A stretch of DNA of 64,000 nt from a virus (lineage: Duplodnaviria; Heunggongvirae; Uroviricota; Caudoviricetes). The DNA is taken from positions 25,802-89,801 of IMG/VR virus record IMGVR_UViG_2582581315_000004; one strand, written 5' to 3'. How positions within the stretch are numbered: the first letter of the stretch is position 1; every line of letters starts with the position of its first letter. Both the position numbers and the translations under genes were made by a program. The notes below the pieces were generated by a model that was given only the letters and a program-made list of their open reading frames with translations, ran no database searches and was not told the origin of the DNA. Below, piece by piece: positions 18,797-27,127 of this stretch.

Positions 18797-19168
18797 CTAA
18801 AGGCCGTCGATTTCGGCGATGATCTTCCTGGCTGCTTCGCGTGGTGCGTTGTCCGGCCATCCACGAACGCGAGCGACTTCATCGACTTGAGCCAGCAGTC
18901 CGCGCAATGCGGCCTCTAGCTCATTAGCCTTCCATATTGCGCCTTCGGCGCATTCGATGACGGAGCCGCCGAACGTGCCGTCGTCATCCTCGTATTCATC
19001 CGCCGTTTCTTGGCTGTAGTTCTCGACATGGCAGTTGCGCATTTCAATGCGAGCAAGACGCTCTGCTTCTTCATAGCCGACCGCTCGCACGGTCGCTCCA
19101 AACTCGCCTTGCTCGATATCGCTATCGTTCCAGCGGATCAGGACCGAGAATGTCTTCTTGTCTGCCAT
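18797..19168 (-). CDS. hypothetical protein
   Basis: RBS GGAAAGGA precedes the ATG. Directly follows the upstream gene. Confidence 0.45.
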   Translation of the reverse strand: MADKKTFSVLIRWNDSDIEQGEFGATVRAVGYEEAERLARIEMRNCHVENYSQETADEYEDDDGTFGGSVIECAEGAIWKANELEAALRGLLAQVDEVARVRGWPDNAPREAARKIIAEIDGL

Positions 19169-19170
19169 AG

Positions 19171-19920
19171 CTAGATCCTTTCCATATTGCTGCTCTGGTT
19201 GATGAAGTCGGCGAGCAATGCGGAAGCTCTTTCCGCGCCGGTGACGACCGCTCCGCTGTCGCTTTCGATATCGACGTTGTTGTCGATCAGGTCGCGGGCC
19301 TTGGCCATGGGGGCGAGAATGGCATTCATCACCCTGTGCGCGTCTTCCTTCGTGTCGAAGTCGCCGATGGCCATGGCAAGCAATTGCCGCTCGAAACTGT
19401 ATCGGCCATATAGCGTCCAGAACGATTTGAAGATAATGCTCCGCTGAGACGCGACCGCCTCCAGACGTTTCGTCTCACTCTGGAAATCCTCTTCGTCGAT
19501 ATAGGATTCAACCTCGCCATCAGTTTCGATGCACGGGCGCACCTCGAAATATTCGAAAGCCATAGGCGTCGAGGTGACTGGCTGGGTTGCCAGTTCGTCG
19601 TCCTCGTCCAATACCGGCAATCCGGCGATGAGTTCCGCGTCAGCATCGAAGGCGATGTAGTCGCATCGCCGATCGTGCGCAAATCGGATAATCGGCAGCA
19701 AGTCGTCCGGCATGCCGCAATCCATGCCGCCGTCTTCCGGCAATACCGGCGCATGCATGAACCATCCGGTCAGAGTAGCGCCCAGCGAGCCCATAGCCGC
19801 GCCGCTGCCGGTTCCGTGGTAGTTGGCGGCATGGTTGAGGGTTGCGGCCTCAGAGAGCCAGGCGCGGGCAGCCGGCGATAGGTGCGCGGTGGACAGGTCA
19901 AGGAACGTGCGAACGGTCAT
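19171..19920 (-). CDS. hypothetical protein
   Basis: Hairpin-GGAGACC cassette precedes the start MTVRTF. Confidence 0.45.
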   Translation of the reverse strand: MTVRTFLDLSTAHLSPAARAWLSEAATLNHAANYHGTGSGAAMGSLGATLTGWFMHAPVLPEDGGMDCGMPDDLLPIIRFAHDRRCDYIAFDADAELIAGLPVLDEDDELATQPVTSTPMAFEYFEVRPCIETDGEVESYIDEEDFQSETKRLEAVASQRSIIFKSFWTLYGRYSFERQLLAMAIGDFDTKEDAHRVMNAILAPMAKARDLIDNNVDIESDSGAVVTGAERASALLADFINQSSNMERI

Positions 19921-19937
19921 GGATAGGTCTCCGATTG

Positions 19938-19951
19938 TGCCACGATTGGCA
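19938..19951. repeat. hairpin-RBS cassette copy (TGCCACGATTGGCA)
   Basis: Same motif. Confidence 0.65.
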
Positions 19952-19960
19952 ATTGATGGA

Positions 19961-20272
19961 TTAGGCGACGCATGCCGCCGGGAAATTGATCTTGAGCGGG
20001 CTCCAGACGAAATCCGCCGGCACGTCGCCATTGTGCACCCACGCACGCATGCCGCCTCGGATCCTCAGAAAGGCATCCTGATGGCTGACGGTCTGACACG
20101 GGAATGCCTTCGCGGTCATTGCCTCGATTGCCCGGTCCCGGTCATGCGGTGACTGGAAGGCAAACAGCTCCTCGCCGTTGCCCCAGTCGGACAGGACAAA
20201 GAACGTATCGAAGACGGGATGGCCCGCCGCATCGGAATAGGTCGCAATGTTCGATGGTTGATGCGTCTGCAT
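19961..20272 (-). CDS. hypothetical protein
   Basis: A half-site-swapped hairpin variant followed by AGGAGACTGAAAG precedes the ATG. Confidence 0.45.
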   Translation of the reverse strand: MQTHQPSNIATYSDAAGHPVFDTFFVLSDWGNGEELFAFQSPHDRDRAIEAMTAKAFPCQTVSHQDAFLRIRGGMRAWVHNGDVPADFVWSPLKINFPAACVA

Positions 20273-20289
20273 CTTTCAGTCTCCTATGG

Positions 20290-20302
20290 TGGCACAATTG
20301 CC
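20290..20302. repeat. hairpin-RBS cassette variant (TGGCACAATTGCC; half-sites swapped, still palindromic)
   Basis: Same position relative to the RBS and ATG as the other copies. Confidence 0.5.
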
Positions 20303-20325
20303 TTGGTCGTTTGAGGGCTGTCGGT

Positions 20326-20535
20326 TCAGTCGATGAAGGAGGGCGCTTTTTTGCTCCATTTCGGCTTTGGGAGCGGTTTGACAGTGATTGCCTTGACGTC
20401 TCCCTCGTCGATGCGTGACAACCAGTTGGATTGATGATTGATCAGCGTGCGGACTTCCCGGCGCGCTTCTGCCGCGCTCAAGTCTGCCGGTACGGTGATG
20501 GTTACAATCATCGTCATACGCTTGCGCTTAGCCAT
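20326..20535 (-). CDS. hypothetical small protein (MAKRKR...)
   Basis: Its start lies inside the conserved junction module GGAGGGCCGCGCCGATGGCTAAG. Confidence 0.4.
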   Translation of the reverse strand: MAKRKRMTMIVTITVPADLSAAEARREVRTLINHQSNWLSRIDEGDVKAITVKPLPKPKWSKKAPSFID

Positions 20536-20758
20536 CGGCGCGGCCCTCCGTATCGGCGAGGGTGCCCGTGCCCCAGTTCTCGCCTTCAACGCCGTAAAGG
20601 TCGGCGATCTCGGCTTCTGTTTCGCCACGAGAGCGAACCCAGGCAACGCATGGGGCGCAAACCCCATAGCCGGTATCCCTGTTCCAATGCTGGTGCCATC
20701 GGCCGGCATCTTCGCCGCAGACACAGCATGAGAGATTTCGGATAACGCCCTTAGCCAT
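20528..20758 (-). CDS. Cys-rich zinc-ribbon small protein (MAKGVIR...)
   Basis: CCVCGED...CAPCVAW. Ends ...EGRADG* inside the junction module. Confidence 0.45.
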   Translation of the reverse strand: MAKGVIRNLSCCVCGEDAGRWHQHWNRDTGYGVCAPCVAWVRSRGETEAEIADLYGVEGENWGTGTLADTEGRADG

Positions 20759-21005
20759 TGGTGCGGCCCTCCGCCTTGGCGATCGCATCATGAACCATGA
20801 TCTCCACATCGCCTGTCAGCCGGATCAGTGAGTGATTCAGAACGCGTTTCAACACTGTGAGCATGTCAGGCGAAGCAGAAATCACGAAAGCATTCGCCAT
20901 ATCTTCGCGGGGCGGTAGTTCCATGTTCATGGTGCAGATGGCCGTAGTGCCGCTATAGACCGCGCCATTGATAGCCTCCCACGGGCCTGCTGTGTGCCTA
21001 GCCAT
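20751..21005 (-). CDS. hypothetical small protein (MARHTAG...)
   Basis: Both its start and its stop lie inside copies of the junction module. Confidence 0.45.
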   Translation of the reverse strand: MARHTAGPWEAINGAVYSGTTAICTMNMELPPREDMANAFVISASPDMLTVLKRVLNHSLIRLTGDVEIMVHDAIAKAEGRTNG

Positions 21006-21465
21006 TGGTTCGCCCCTCCGTTTTAATGCCTTGGTTCAGGCAAAGCTCTTTCCAGTCGCCTTTGAAGACGTTCGGAATCGACGCACCCGCAACATTCTTG
21101 ACCAACTGCCCAGGCACGTCTCCGGTCCGCCATCCCGCGCGGCGTCCGGCGATTTCCCATTGATCGGTTGTTGCGCCCACCGCCTTGGCAATGGCGGCGC
21201 GGGCCTGCGTCTCTATGTCGTGCTTGCCGTCGCCTTTGATTATCCCACTGTCGACCATGGCCATAAGGTTCGCGAGCGCGGCTAGAAGGTCCGGCGCGGC
21301 GGCAAACATATAGCCCAGCTCCGGATCTTCTACTTCACAGATCGAGGCGTAGTGGCTACCGTCTGCGCGCGGCTCGCCGTAGACTCCGCCTCTCCAATGG
21401 TGGTCTACCATGTGCGACCGACGCGCACCTGTCCGCGCAGGGATGAATGTGAGGTTTCTGGTCAT
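20998..21465 (-). CDS. hypothetical protein
   Basis: Hairpin-CATATGGAGATCGAAGA cassette precedes the ATG. Ends ...EGRTNG*. Confidence 0.45.
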   Translation of the reverse strand: MTRNLTFIPARTGARRSHMVDHHWRGGVYGEPRADGSHYASICEVEDPELGYMFAAAPDLLAALANLMAMVDSGIIKGDGKHDIETQARAAIAKAVGATTDQWEIAGRRAGWRTGDVPGQLVKNVAGASIPNVFKGDWKELCLNQGIKTEGRTNG

Positions 21466-21482
21466 TCTTCGATCTCCATATG

Positions 21483-21496
21483 TGCCACAATTGGCA
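21483..21496. repeat. hairpin-RBS cassette copy (TGCCACAATTGGCA)
   Basis: Same motif. Confidence 0.65.
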
Positions 21497-21991
21497 GGGA
21501 CTTCGATTGTTCATTGATCTCCCTCCGCAGCGCATTGGCCAGCGGCATACGGTTCTAGGAGGGGATCGTGAGCAATCAAGCGATTGGCTTCGCGCGGAAT
21601 GTTTTCGCCGATCATGGGCAGCTACTGGCAAGCATGGCGCGCTTGGATGAATTCACCTAGACTCCGCGAACGCGGGAGGCGACAAGGCAATGTTGTTCAA
21701 TAAGCCGGGGTGATGGCTGTTACTCCAGCGGGAGCCACCCGCATGCGGAATCATAGAAGAGGTATCGGCGAATGATCATTGTCGTTCTCTCATCTAGCGC
21801 TTTGTCTCTTGGGAGCGGTGAAGATATCAGCCGGCTTTAGTGACCCGGCACGGGATAGGCCTCCTATGTTGCCGCTCAAAGCGCCCGCACGGCTTCTCGC
21901 CAAGGGGATTGCATAACACGGCCTGCCGCTTTGATTGGTGGTTCGCAAATGTGCTCCGGCCTAGCCGTCCATAGCCATCGCGTTTCATGAA

Positions 21992-22014
21992 GGGGCGACG
22001 GCTTGCGCCGCCCC
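21992..22014 (-). terminator. hairpin directly 3' of the vWA gene
   Basis: GGGGCGACGGCTTGCGCCGCCCC; the flanking sequence is only weakly U-rich. Confidence 0.35.
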
Positions 22015-22020
22015 AGATTG

Positions 22021-23286
22021 TTAAGCCGCGAGGTGAAGGACTTCACCAAAGGGGAGAGCTGCCGCGCGCTTGGCGATTGTCTTTTGCTCGCCGTACGCAA
22101 CCCAGATCACGGGAACACTCGGTTCAGGACCGAAATCCTTGCAATCCAGATCAGTAAGATAGACGATTGCCGACGCATCCGGCGCGTTCTCTTCTATCCA
22201 TTGGAAGGCAGGGGAAAACCGCGTGCCCCCCGATCCACGCGCGGTAATTTCCATCGTATCGCCGCGTTCGAAGGTTTCGACCTTGTGCACGGCGGCATTG
22301 CAGAAAATGACCGTGATCTTATCGGCCGCGCCCTCATCAAGCGCCGCCTTGGCTTCAGCGGAGCATGACGTGAAGGCGTCTTGATCAATCGACGAAGAAT
22401 CGTCGATGACATAGACGACGTGGGCGAGGGAGTCCGACACGAGACCGGGCAGGATCAGGCCGGCTCCGATATAGCGGCGATTGGGATTCATCCACGAGTA
22501 GTCCTTGACTGCAGAATGATCGATGAACGCGCGCAGTTCCTGTTTCCAGTCGTAACGCGGCGCAATCGTCACGTTGTCGATATCTTGCAGATGGCCCGGA
22601 AGCGTTCCCGCATTGTGAGCTTTGGCGACTGCCAGCGCTTGCCGAACGTTCGCTTTCCACTCATTTTCGCTTGCGGTCACCGCGGCCGGCTCATGATCGG
22701 GCGCGGCGTCTCTGACTTCGCCCGGGCTTGCGCCTGGCGCGTTGCCGTCGCGTTGCCCTTTGCCGTCCGGCTTGCTGCCGCCGTTGCCTTGCGCCGGTTG
22801 CTCGCCTTCCTGTTTCTGCTGCTTTTGTCCGCCCTTGTCGGATTCCTCTTTCTTGCGCTTCAAGCGCAGATAGGTTTCCTCTTCGGCAAGCCCGTCATAG
22901 GCCGGGTTCAGCTTCGCGTCGGGCGGCAGGTTGAACCCCGCCGCCTTCAGTTCTGCGTTGATTGAATAGTCGCACGCTTCGCCCCACATTTCGGCGTCAC
23001 GATTGCCGCGCCGGATATGGTGCAGCCGGGCGCAGTGTGAAACTAATTCTGCGACAACTGCCCGCAGTTCAGACGGCTTCAACGTTTCGACATAGCCGGG
23101 ATTGAAACCCAGTTTCTTGCCGTCCGTCCAAGTCGTCTTGCATGCCGCGTCCTCGACTAGTTCCAGATGCAGCGAAAGCGTTGCATAGAAAGGCTGGTCG
23201 AGCATGAGGGTTGCTCGGGCGTTTTCGACCGTCTGGAGCGCGCTCAAAGGAAGACACTCGAATTTGAGCTGCACCAGTTTACCCAC
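22021..23286 (-). CDS. vWA-domain protein of the DUF2201/CoxE-like family (metallopeptidase-like N-domain plus vWA)
   Basis: The ELVSHCARLHH region is followed by a low-complexity linker and a C-terminal vWA-like fold (VVYVIDDSSSI...GGT). Sits next to a MoxR ATPase gene. Confidence 0.55.
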   Translation of the reverse strand: MGKLVQLKFECLPLSALQTVENARATLMLDQPFYATLSLHLELVEDAACKTTWTDGKKLGFNPGYVETLKPSELRAVVAELVSHCARLHHIRRGNRDAEMWGEACDYSINAELKAAGFNLPPDAKLNPAYDGLAEEETYLRLKRKKEESDKGGQKQQKQEGEQPAQGNGGSKPDGKGQRDGNAPGASPGEVRDAAPDHEPAAVTASENEWKANVRQALAVAKAHNAGTLPGHLQDIDNVTIAPRYDWKQELRAFIDHSAVKDYSWMNPNRRYIGAGLILPGLVSDSLAHVVYVIDDSSSIDQDAFTSCSAEAKAALDEGAADKITVIFCNAAVHKVETFERGDTMEITARGSGGTRFSPAFQWIEENAPDASAIVYLTDLDCKDFGPEPSVPVIWVAYGEQKTIAKRAAALPFGEVLHLAA

Positions 23287-24290
23287 GAGCCGGTTTCCGC
23301 GAGCGTCTTGTCGCGACGCTGGGAGTCGACGGCCGTCAGGACTTCATAGGCCTTTGGAATGCGTTTGACGTATTCCAGAACTGCGCCGTAATTGACCGGC
23401 GTTGCAGCCCGGGCGAGGGCGGCGGAAACCGCATACAGCGCGCCCGGGCCGGTCGGCACTCTTGCGCCGGAAGGATCTGCCAAAATGGACTTGAGCGACG
23501 GCAGATCAAGGAACGTGCGAATGAAGCCCTCGAATTCGACGGAGGGGCCAAGCCCCACGCGGCCGGCAATAAGCGGCTGGCGTAGCGATGCGTCCTTGTC
23601 GGCATACTTGAAAGCATCTGTCCACGAGCGCGGCGTGGGGAAGGCGCGAGCATCTGCCGGCATGGAGATTTCGTTTCCGTTGCCGTCGCTCATCTTGCTG
23701 CCTGGCATCAAGTGCAGCATCGAAGGGCGGAAGCGAAGGAACGCAATGCCGGCTGCCGGTTGATTGTTGGCGATTGCCCATTTCGAGTAAGCCTCGACAC
23801 TGGGAACAACGTCGATATGCGCAAAGCGGTTCGCCAGCGCTGACGGCATGCGTTGCGCGCTAGCGCGATCCGACTGCCGGTTGCCAGCGGCGACGATGCG
23901 CCATCCGGGCGGCAACTGATATTCGCCTATCCGGCGGTTCAGGATGAGCTGATAGCATGCCGCTTGCGTTGACGCGGGCGCGGCGTTGATCTCGTCAAGG
24001 AAGAGTATCCCCTTGTCACCGTCCCGCTTCGCGTCCGGAAGGATCGACGGGTTTGCCCAAACCGCCGCGCCGTCGCGGACGAATGGCAACCCGCGCAAGT
24101 CGACAGGCTCGAGGGTTGTAAGGCGCTGGTCAATAAGACCAATGCCCATTTCATCGGCGAGCTGCTGGACAATGTCCGATTTGCCAATGCCGGGCGGTCC
24201 CCAAAGCATCGCGGGCGTATCGCCCTCGACATAGGCGCGGAGGAGCGCGGTAGCGGTATCAATTGTCACGCCTTTATCATCAGTGATCAT
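23244..24290 (-). CDS. MoxR-like AAA+ ATPase
   Basis: Walker A GPPGIGKS; Walker B ILFLDEIN; sensor region AAGNR. Confidence 0.75.
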   Translation of the reverse strand: MITDDKGVTIDTATALLRAYVEGDTPAMLWGPPGIGKSDIVQQLADEMGIGLIDQRLTTLEPVDLRGLPFVRDGAAVWANPSILPDAKRDGDKGILFLDEINAAPASTQAACYQLILNRRIGEYQLPPGWRIVAAGNRQSDRASAQRMPSALANRFAHIDVVPSVEAYSKWAIANNQPAAGIAFLRFRPSMLHLMPGSKMSDGNGNEISMPADARAFPTPRSWTDAFKYADKDASLRQPLIAGRVGLGPSVEFEGFIRTFLDLPSLKSILADPSGARVPTGPGALYAVSAALARAATPVNYGAVLEYVKRIPKAYEVLTAVDSQRRDKTLAETGSWVNWCSSNSSVFL

Positions 24291-24319
24291 GATTCAAAAT
24301 CCTTTCGTGCTGGAATATG

Positions 24320-25195
24320 TCAGGCGAGGAAGTCGGAGACGTCCGCGAGGATCGAAGCGGCGGCATCCGCCACGCTTTCCCGCAAGTCTCCGTTTTCCCT
24401 GAGTGTGTCCGCATCATGCCGCGTCAATTCGCGGCGCATGCGGTCCGCGATCTCCGAAAGCTTCGGATCGCTGGTGATGTTGAGCATTGGCAGGACTAGC
24501 GCCAAGTCGCGCACATTCTCGACAAGGGAGTCGCGGAAAATGCCGTGCGCTTTCACGTTGTCGTTGCCGGGAGCGTAGTTGCGCAGTTTATCCACCATGC
24601 GCTCGCAGACTTCGGACACGCGGCGGTAAACGTCCCTAACAGCTTCCTGCAGTTGCTCTTTCGCCCGTTCTTCGATCTCGGCTCGGATCAAAGCCGCTTG
24701 CGTATCGCCGAGCGCCACGCGGAAATCCTCGCCTGCAGGAACGGGGTTGATGATCGTATCAAAGCCGAACCGACGGCGAATTTCCTCCGCGCCGGGATAA
24801 TCTTCCGCCTTGAAGAGATTGCCAAGCCGCTTGCGTGCGGCCTCGACGTGTTCGGAATATCCCTTGATGAAATCGTCCACGGCCTTTTCGAAGTCCGCCC
24901 GGATCGCCCGCAAGCGCGCCGTATAGTCGAGATAGGCGGCAGCCGGGAGGAGGCGGGCGCCATCATCCTGCCAAGGCAAGGTTCGGGAGTAGTGGAACGT
25001 CCGTGCGGCCGAGATTGCCGACTGGATCGGCTTGAGCGCGTCGCTGTTGATCAACAGCTTGTTATAGCGCCCGGCATCATTAGCCGCACCATGGGACTCG
25101 TTCACTTCATCCGTGACCTTTCGGTCAATGCGGCGAGCCGACCATGCGGACACGCGGACATGCGAAAGCATTGCTTTTTCGGACAGGACAGACAT
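24320..25195 (-). CDS. DUF3150-family phage protein
   Basis: N-terminus LSHVRVSAWSARRIDRKVTDEV fits the DUF3150 pattern. Hairpin cassette lies upstream. Confidence 0.45.
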   Translation of the reverse strand: MSVLSEKAMLSHVRVSAWSARRIDRKVTDEVNESHGAANDAGRYNKLLINSDALKPIQSAISAARTFHYSRTLPWQDDGARLLPAAAYLDYTARLRAIRADFEKAVDDFIKGYSEHVEAARKRLGNLFKAEDYPGAEEIRRRFGFDTIINPVPAGEDFRVALGDTQAALIRAEIEERAKEQLQEAVRDVYRRVSEVCERMVDKLRNYAPGNDNVKAHGIFRDSLVENVRDLALVLPMLNITSDPKLSEIADRMRRELTRHDADTLRENGDLRESVADAAASILADVSDFLA

Positions 25196-25212
25196 TTTTC
25201 ATGCTCCAGTTG

Positions 25213-25226
25213 TGCCACTATTGGCG
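25213..25226. repeat. hairpin-RBS cassette copy (TGCCACTATTGGCG)
   Basis: Same motif. Confidence 0.6.
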
Positions 25227-25254
25227 GGGGTTTGGCCGTCAGGCCGGGAAGGGA

Positions 25255-25437
25255 CTAGGAGAGGTATTCACGCTTGCGGGCGATTGCCTGGCGACGCTGG
25301 TCTCGGCGCTTGCGGCCGTCTTCCGTCTTCGAGAACGGCGCGGCATGCTTGCCGGCGACTTCGCGGCGTGGCTGGAAGTAATCTTCGAGGTTGACCGCGA
25401 AACGGCGGCGTTCGGCGGGCGTAAGCGTCTTAGACAT
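25255..25437 (-). CDS. hypothetical basic small protein
   Basis: Hairpin-AGGAGATCGAAATC cassette precedes the ATG. Confidence 0.45.
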   Translation of the reverse strand: MSKTLTPAERRRFAVNLEDYFQPRREVAGKHAAPFSKTEDGRKRRDQRRQAIARKREYLS

Positions 25438-25456
25438 GATTTCGATCTCCTATTTT

Positions 25457-25470
25457 TGCCACGATTGGCT
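25457..25470. repeat. hairpin-RBS cassette copy (TGCCACGATTGGCT)
   Basis: Same motif. Confidence 0.65.
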
Positions 25471-25481
25471 TTGTGTCGTTC

Positions 25482-25652
25482 CTAGTACGCGTTACCAGCG
25501 AAACGGCTTGCCTTTTCGCGATAATCCCGCTGCGCCAAGCCCTTGATCAGGTTGTCCAGCTTGAACTGAAGATTCGACTTTTCGAGGGGATTGCTCTCCC
25601 GCTTGATAGCCCGTTTCAGGTCACGGATTTGCTTTTCCATCGCGGTTTCCAT
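25482..25652 (-). CDS. hypothetical small coiled-coil protein
   Basis: GGTCA-variant hairpin followed by GGAGATTGAAACA precedes the ATG. Confidence 0.4.
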   Translation of the reverse strand: METAMEKQIRDLKRAIKRESNPLEKSNLQFKLDNLIKGLAQRDYREKASRFAGNAY

Positions 25653-25670
25653 TGTTTCAATCTCCGTTGC

Positions 25671-25684
25671 GGTCACGATTGACC
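25671..25684. repeat. hairpin-RBS cassette covariant copy (GGTCACGATTGACC)
   Basis: Both stem arms changed together, so the palindrome is kept. Confidence 0.6.
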
Positions 25685-25686
25685 GG

Positions 25687-25731
25687 CAGGACACTAGCGT
25701 CCTGATATCGGCACGGCGGCGCGTGCCGATA
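25687..25731 (-). terminator. two tandem stable hairpins between early genes
   Basis: CAGGAC-ACTAGC-GTCCTG and TATCGGCAC-N8-GTGCCGATA. No clear U-tract follows. Confidence 0.3.
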
Positions 25732-25740
25732 CGCAAGGCT

Positions 25741-25959
25741 CTAGGATTTGGACGCGGCCATGGTGACGCCCGGCTTTGCTTCCAGCTCGCAGACAAGCGG
25801 CGCGTGCCGAAGGTCGACAGTGACGCCCGGAACGATCTCCGCCGCGCGCACGCCTTGATGAATCGCATGCTGGCAGTCCTGATAGGTCAGGTGCTGGTCA
25901 AGCACGAATGAATGAATGTCGCCGCTCAAGATGGCGTACGCGACAAGCGCGAATTTCAT
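25741..25959 (-). CDS. hypothetical small protein
   Basis: GGTCA-variant hairpin followed by GGAGATCGAACA precedes the ATG. Confidence 0.45.
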   Translation of the reverse strand: MKFALVAYAILSGDIHSFVLDQHLTYQDCQHAIHQGVRAAEIVPGVTVDLRHAPLVCELEAKPGVTMAASKS

Positions 25960-25976
25960 TGTTCGATCTCCTCTAT

Positions 25977-25990
25977 GGTCACGATTGACC
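25977..25990. repeat. hairpin-RBS cassette covariant copy (GGTCACGATTGACC)
   Basis: Identical to the copy at 25671. Confidence 0.6.
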
Positions 25991-26035
25991 TGCTGGCATT
26001 TCCATGACCGGCGGCGCGCGCCGGTCGCGGAAAGG

Positions 26036-26425
26036 TCACGCGGCTTTGAAAGCTTGGTTCATGATTGCGTCAGCGGCGCATTTGGCCTTGTAGGCGTCCA
26101 TGACCACGGGCGGCCATCTCCGCTTGTCGGACCATCGGTCAACGCGTTGCGCGTCCAGTTGGCGCTGGAAATGATCGTCAGCGATTTGCGCCATCTCGCA
26201 TGCCGTCGCGGTATCGGTTACCGCATGCCAAACTGCGAACCGATAGACGGCGGCGCGGTCGAATGTGCCCGCGCCGGTCTTGAGGTTTCGAAGAAAGATC
26301 GTCGATCCCTTTCCCGCGCCTTGAACGGTTGCGAGATAGGGAACGCCGATGCTGGCATATGAGCCGTTCGGCACGCGGTCGAATATGATTATCGAGCCGC
26401 TTTCAGGCGTATTGAGGCTGGACAT
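26036..26425 (-). CDS. hypothetical protein
   Basis: Hairpin-CTTACGGAGTCTGAC cassette precedes the ATG. Confidence 0.45.
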   Translation of the reverse strand: MSSLNTPESGSIIIFDRVPNGSYASIGVPYLATVQGAGKGSTIFLRNLKTGAGTFDRAAVYRFAVWHAVTDTATACEMAQIADDHFQRQLDAQRVDRWSDKRRWPPVVMDAYKAKCAADAIMNQAFKAA

Positions 26426-26440
26426 GTCAGACTCCGTAAG

Positions 26441-26454
26441 TGCCACGATTGGCA
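26441..26454. repeat. hairpin-RBS cassette copy (TGCCACGATTGGCA)
   Basis: Same motif. Confidence 0.65.
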
Positions 26455-26710
26455 GGGTTTCGGCCTTGCTAGGCCTCATCAGCGGGAAAGCATCATCCCC
26501 GTACCCACGGCGCGCACCAGTGGGCCGCGCCGTTTGATGCCTCCGTTATTCCGTGCGCACGGTGGGCTAGCGCTATGATCGGTCCGCGTATGCGTGCGGC
26601 GATATTTGTCAAAGAGCTGACGCATCGAGGCGTCTCATGCTTGTTGTGTGGGAATGCTGGCGTGTGAGGCTGGCATTTCGATAACCGCCGCGTGGGCGGT
26701 TGCCGAAAGG

Positions 26711-26911
26711 TCAGGGGTGCATGGTGAGCAGGACAGGCACCAGCAAGACGGCGCATGCGGCCACGCCGAACCAGTCGAGTGCAAGTGCAGGCTGGCGTGC
26801 GGTCTGGCGCTTGGCCTGTGCTGCCTTGCCGAACGAGACGTTGGCATAGAGGCCGAGCGCCTTGACGGTGAGGATGGACATGCCGGACTTAGTGCGGGTG
26901 AGCTTGAGCAT
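26711..26911 (-). CDS. small membrane protein
   Basis: Hydrophobic C-terminus AACAVLLVPVLL. Hairpin-GGAGAACGACCA cassette lies upstream. Confidence 0.45.
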   Translation of the reverse strand: MLKLTRTKSGMSILTVKALGLYANVSFGKAAQAKRQTARQPALALDWFGVAACAVLLVPVLLTMHP

Positions 26912-26927
26912 TGGTCGTTCTCCGTTG

Positions 26928-26941
26928 TGCCACGATTGGCA
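26928..26941. repeat. hairpin-RBS cassette copy (TGCCACGATTGGCA)
   Basis: Same motif. Confidence 0.65.
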
Positions 26942-26951
26942 GGTGGTGCAG

Positions 26952-27098
26952 TTAGATCATTGAGCCGTAGGCAAAGGCGAACGTCATCGCTACCAGCGCA
27001 CCAGACGCCAGCATCACGCATACACATGCGGACTGGACGATAGCGGCGCGCTTGGCAGCGGCGCGGCGGGTGGTGCGGTTGGAAGGCTTGCGGTTCAT
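26952..27098 (-). CDS. small membrane protein (48 aa)
   Basis: GATCA-variant hairpin followed by GGAGACCGAA precedes the ATG. The C-terminal half is hydrophobic. Confidence 0.4.
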   Translation of the reverse strand: MNRKPSNRTTRRAAAKRAAIVQSACVCVMLASGALVAMTFAFAYGSMI

Positions 27099-27113
27099 TT
27101 CGGTCTCCGTTGC

Positions 27114-27127
27114 GATCACAATTGATC
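27114..27127. repeat. hairpin-RBS cassette covariant copy (GATCACAATTGATC)
   Basis: A second independent compensatory variant of the stem. Confidence 0.55.

Noticed and set aside
20998-21465. C-terminal EGRTNG shared by three proteins as a protein-level motif such as a sorting tag
   Set aside because: The conservation is at the nucleotide level and includes the next gene's RBS and start codon. It is better explained as a junction module.
13658-27127. Reading the 14-mer as a sigma-54 promoter (TGGCAC-N5-TTGC) or as a CcrM GANTC site
   Set aside because: No TTGCW lies at the correct spacing on either strand. The loops CGAT and CAAT are not GANTC. The stem covaries while the sequence changes, which argues against a sequence-specific -24/-12 element.
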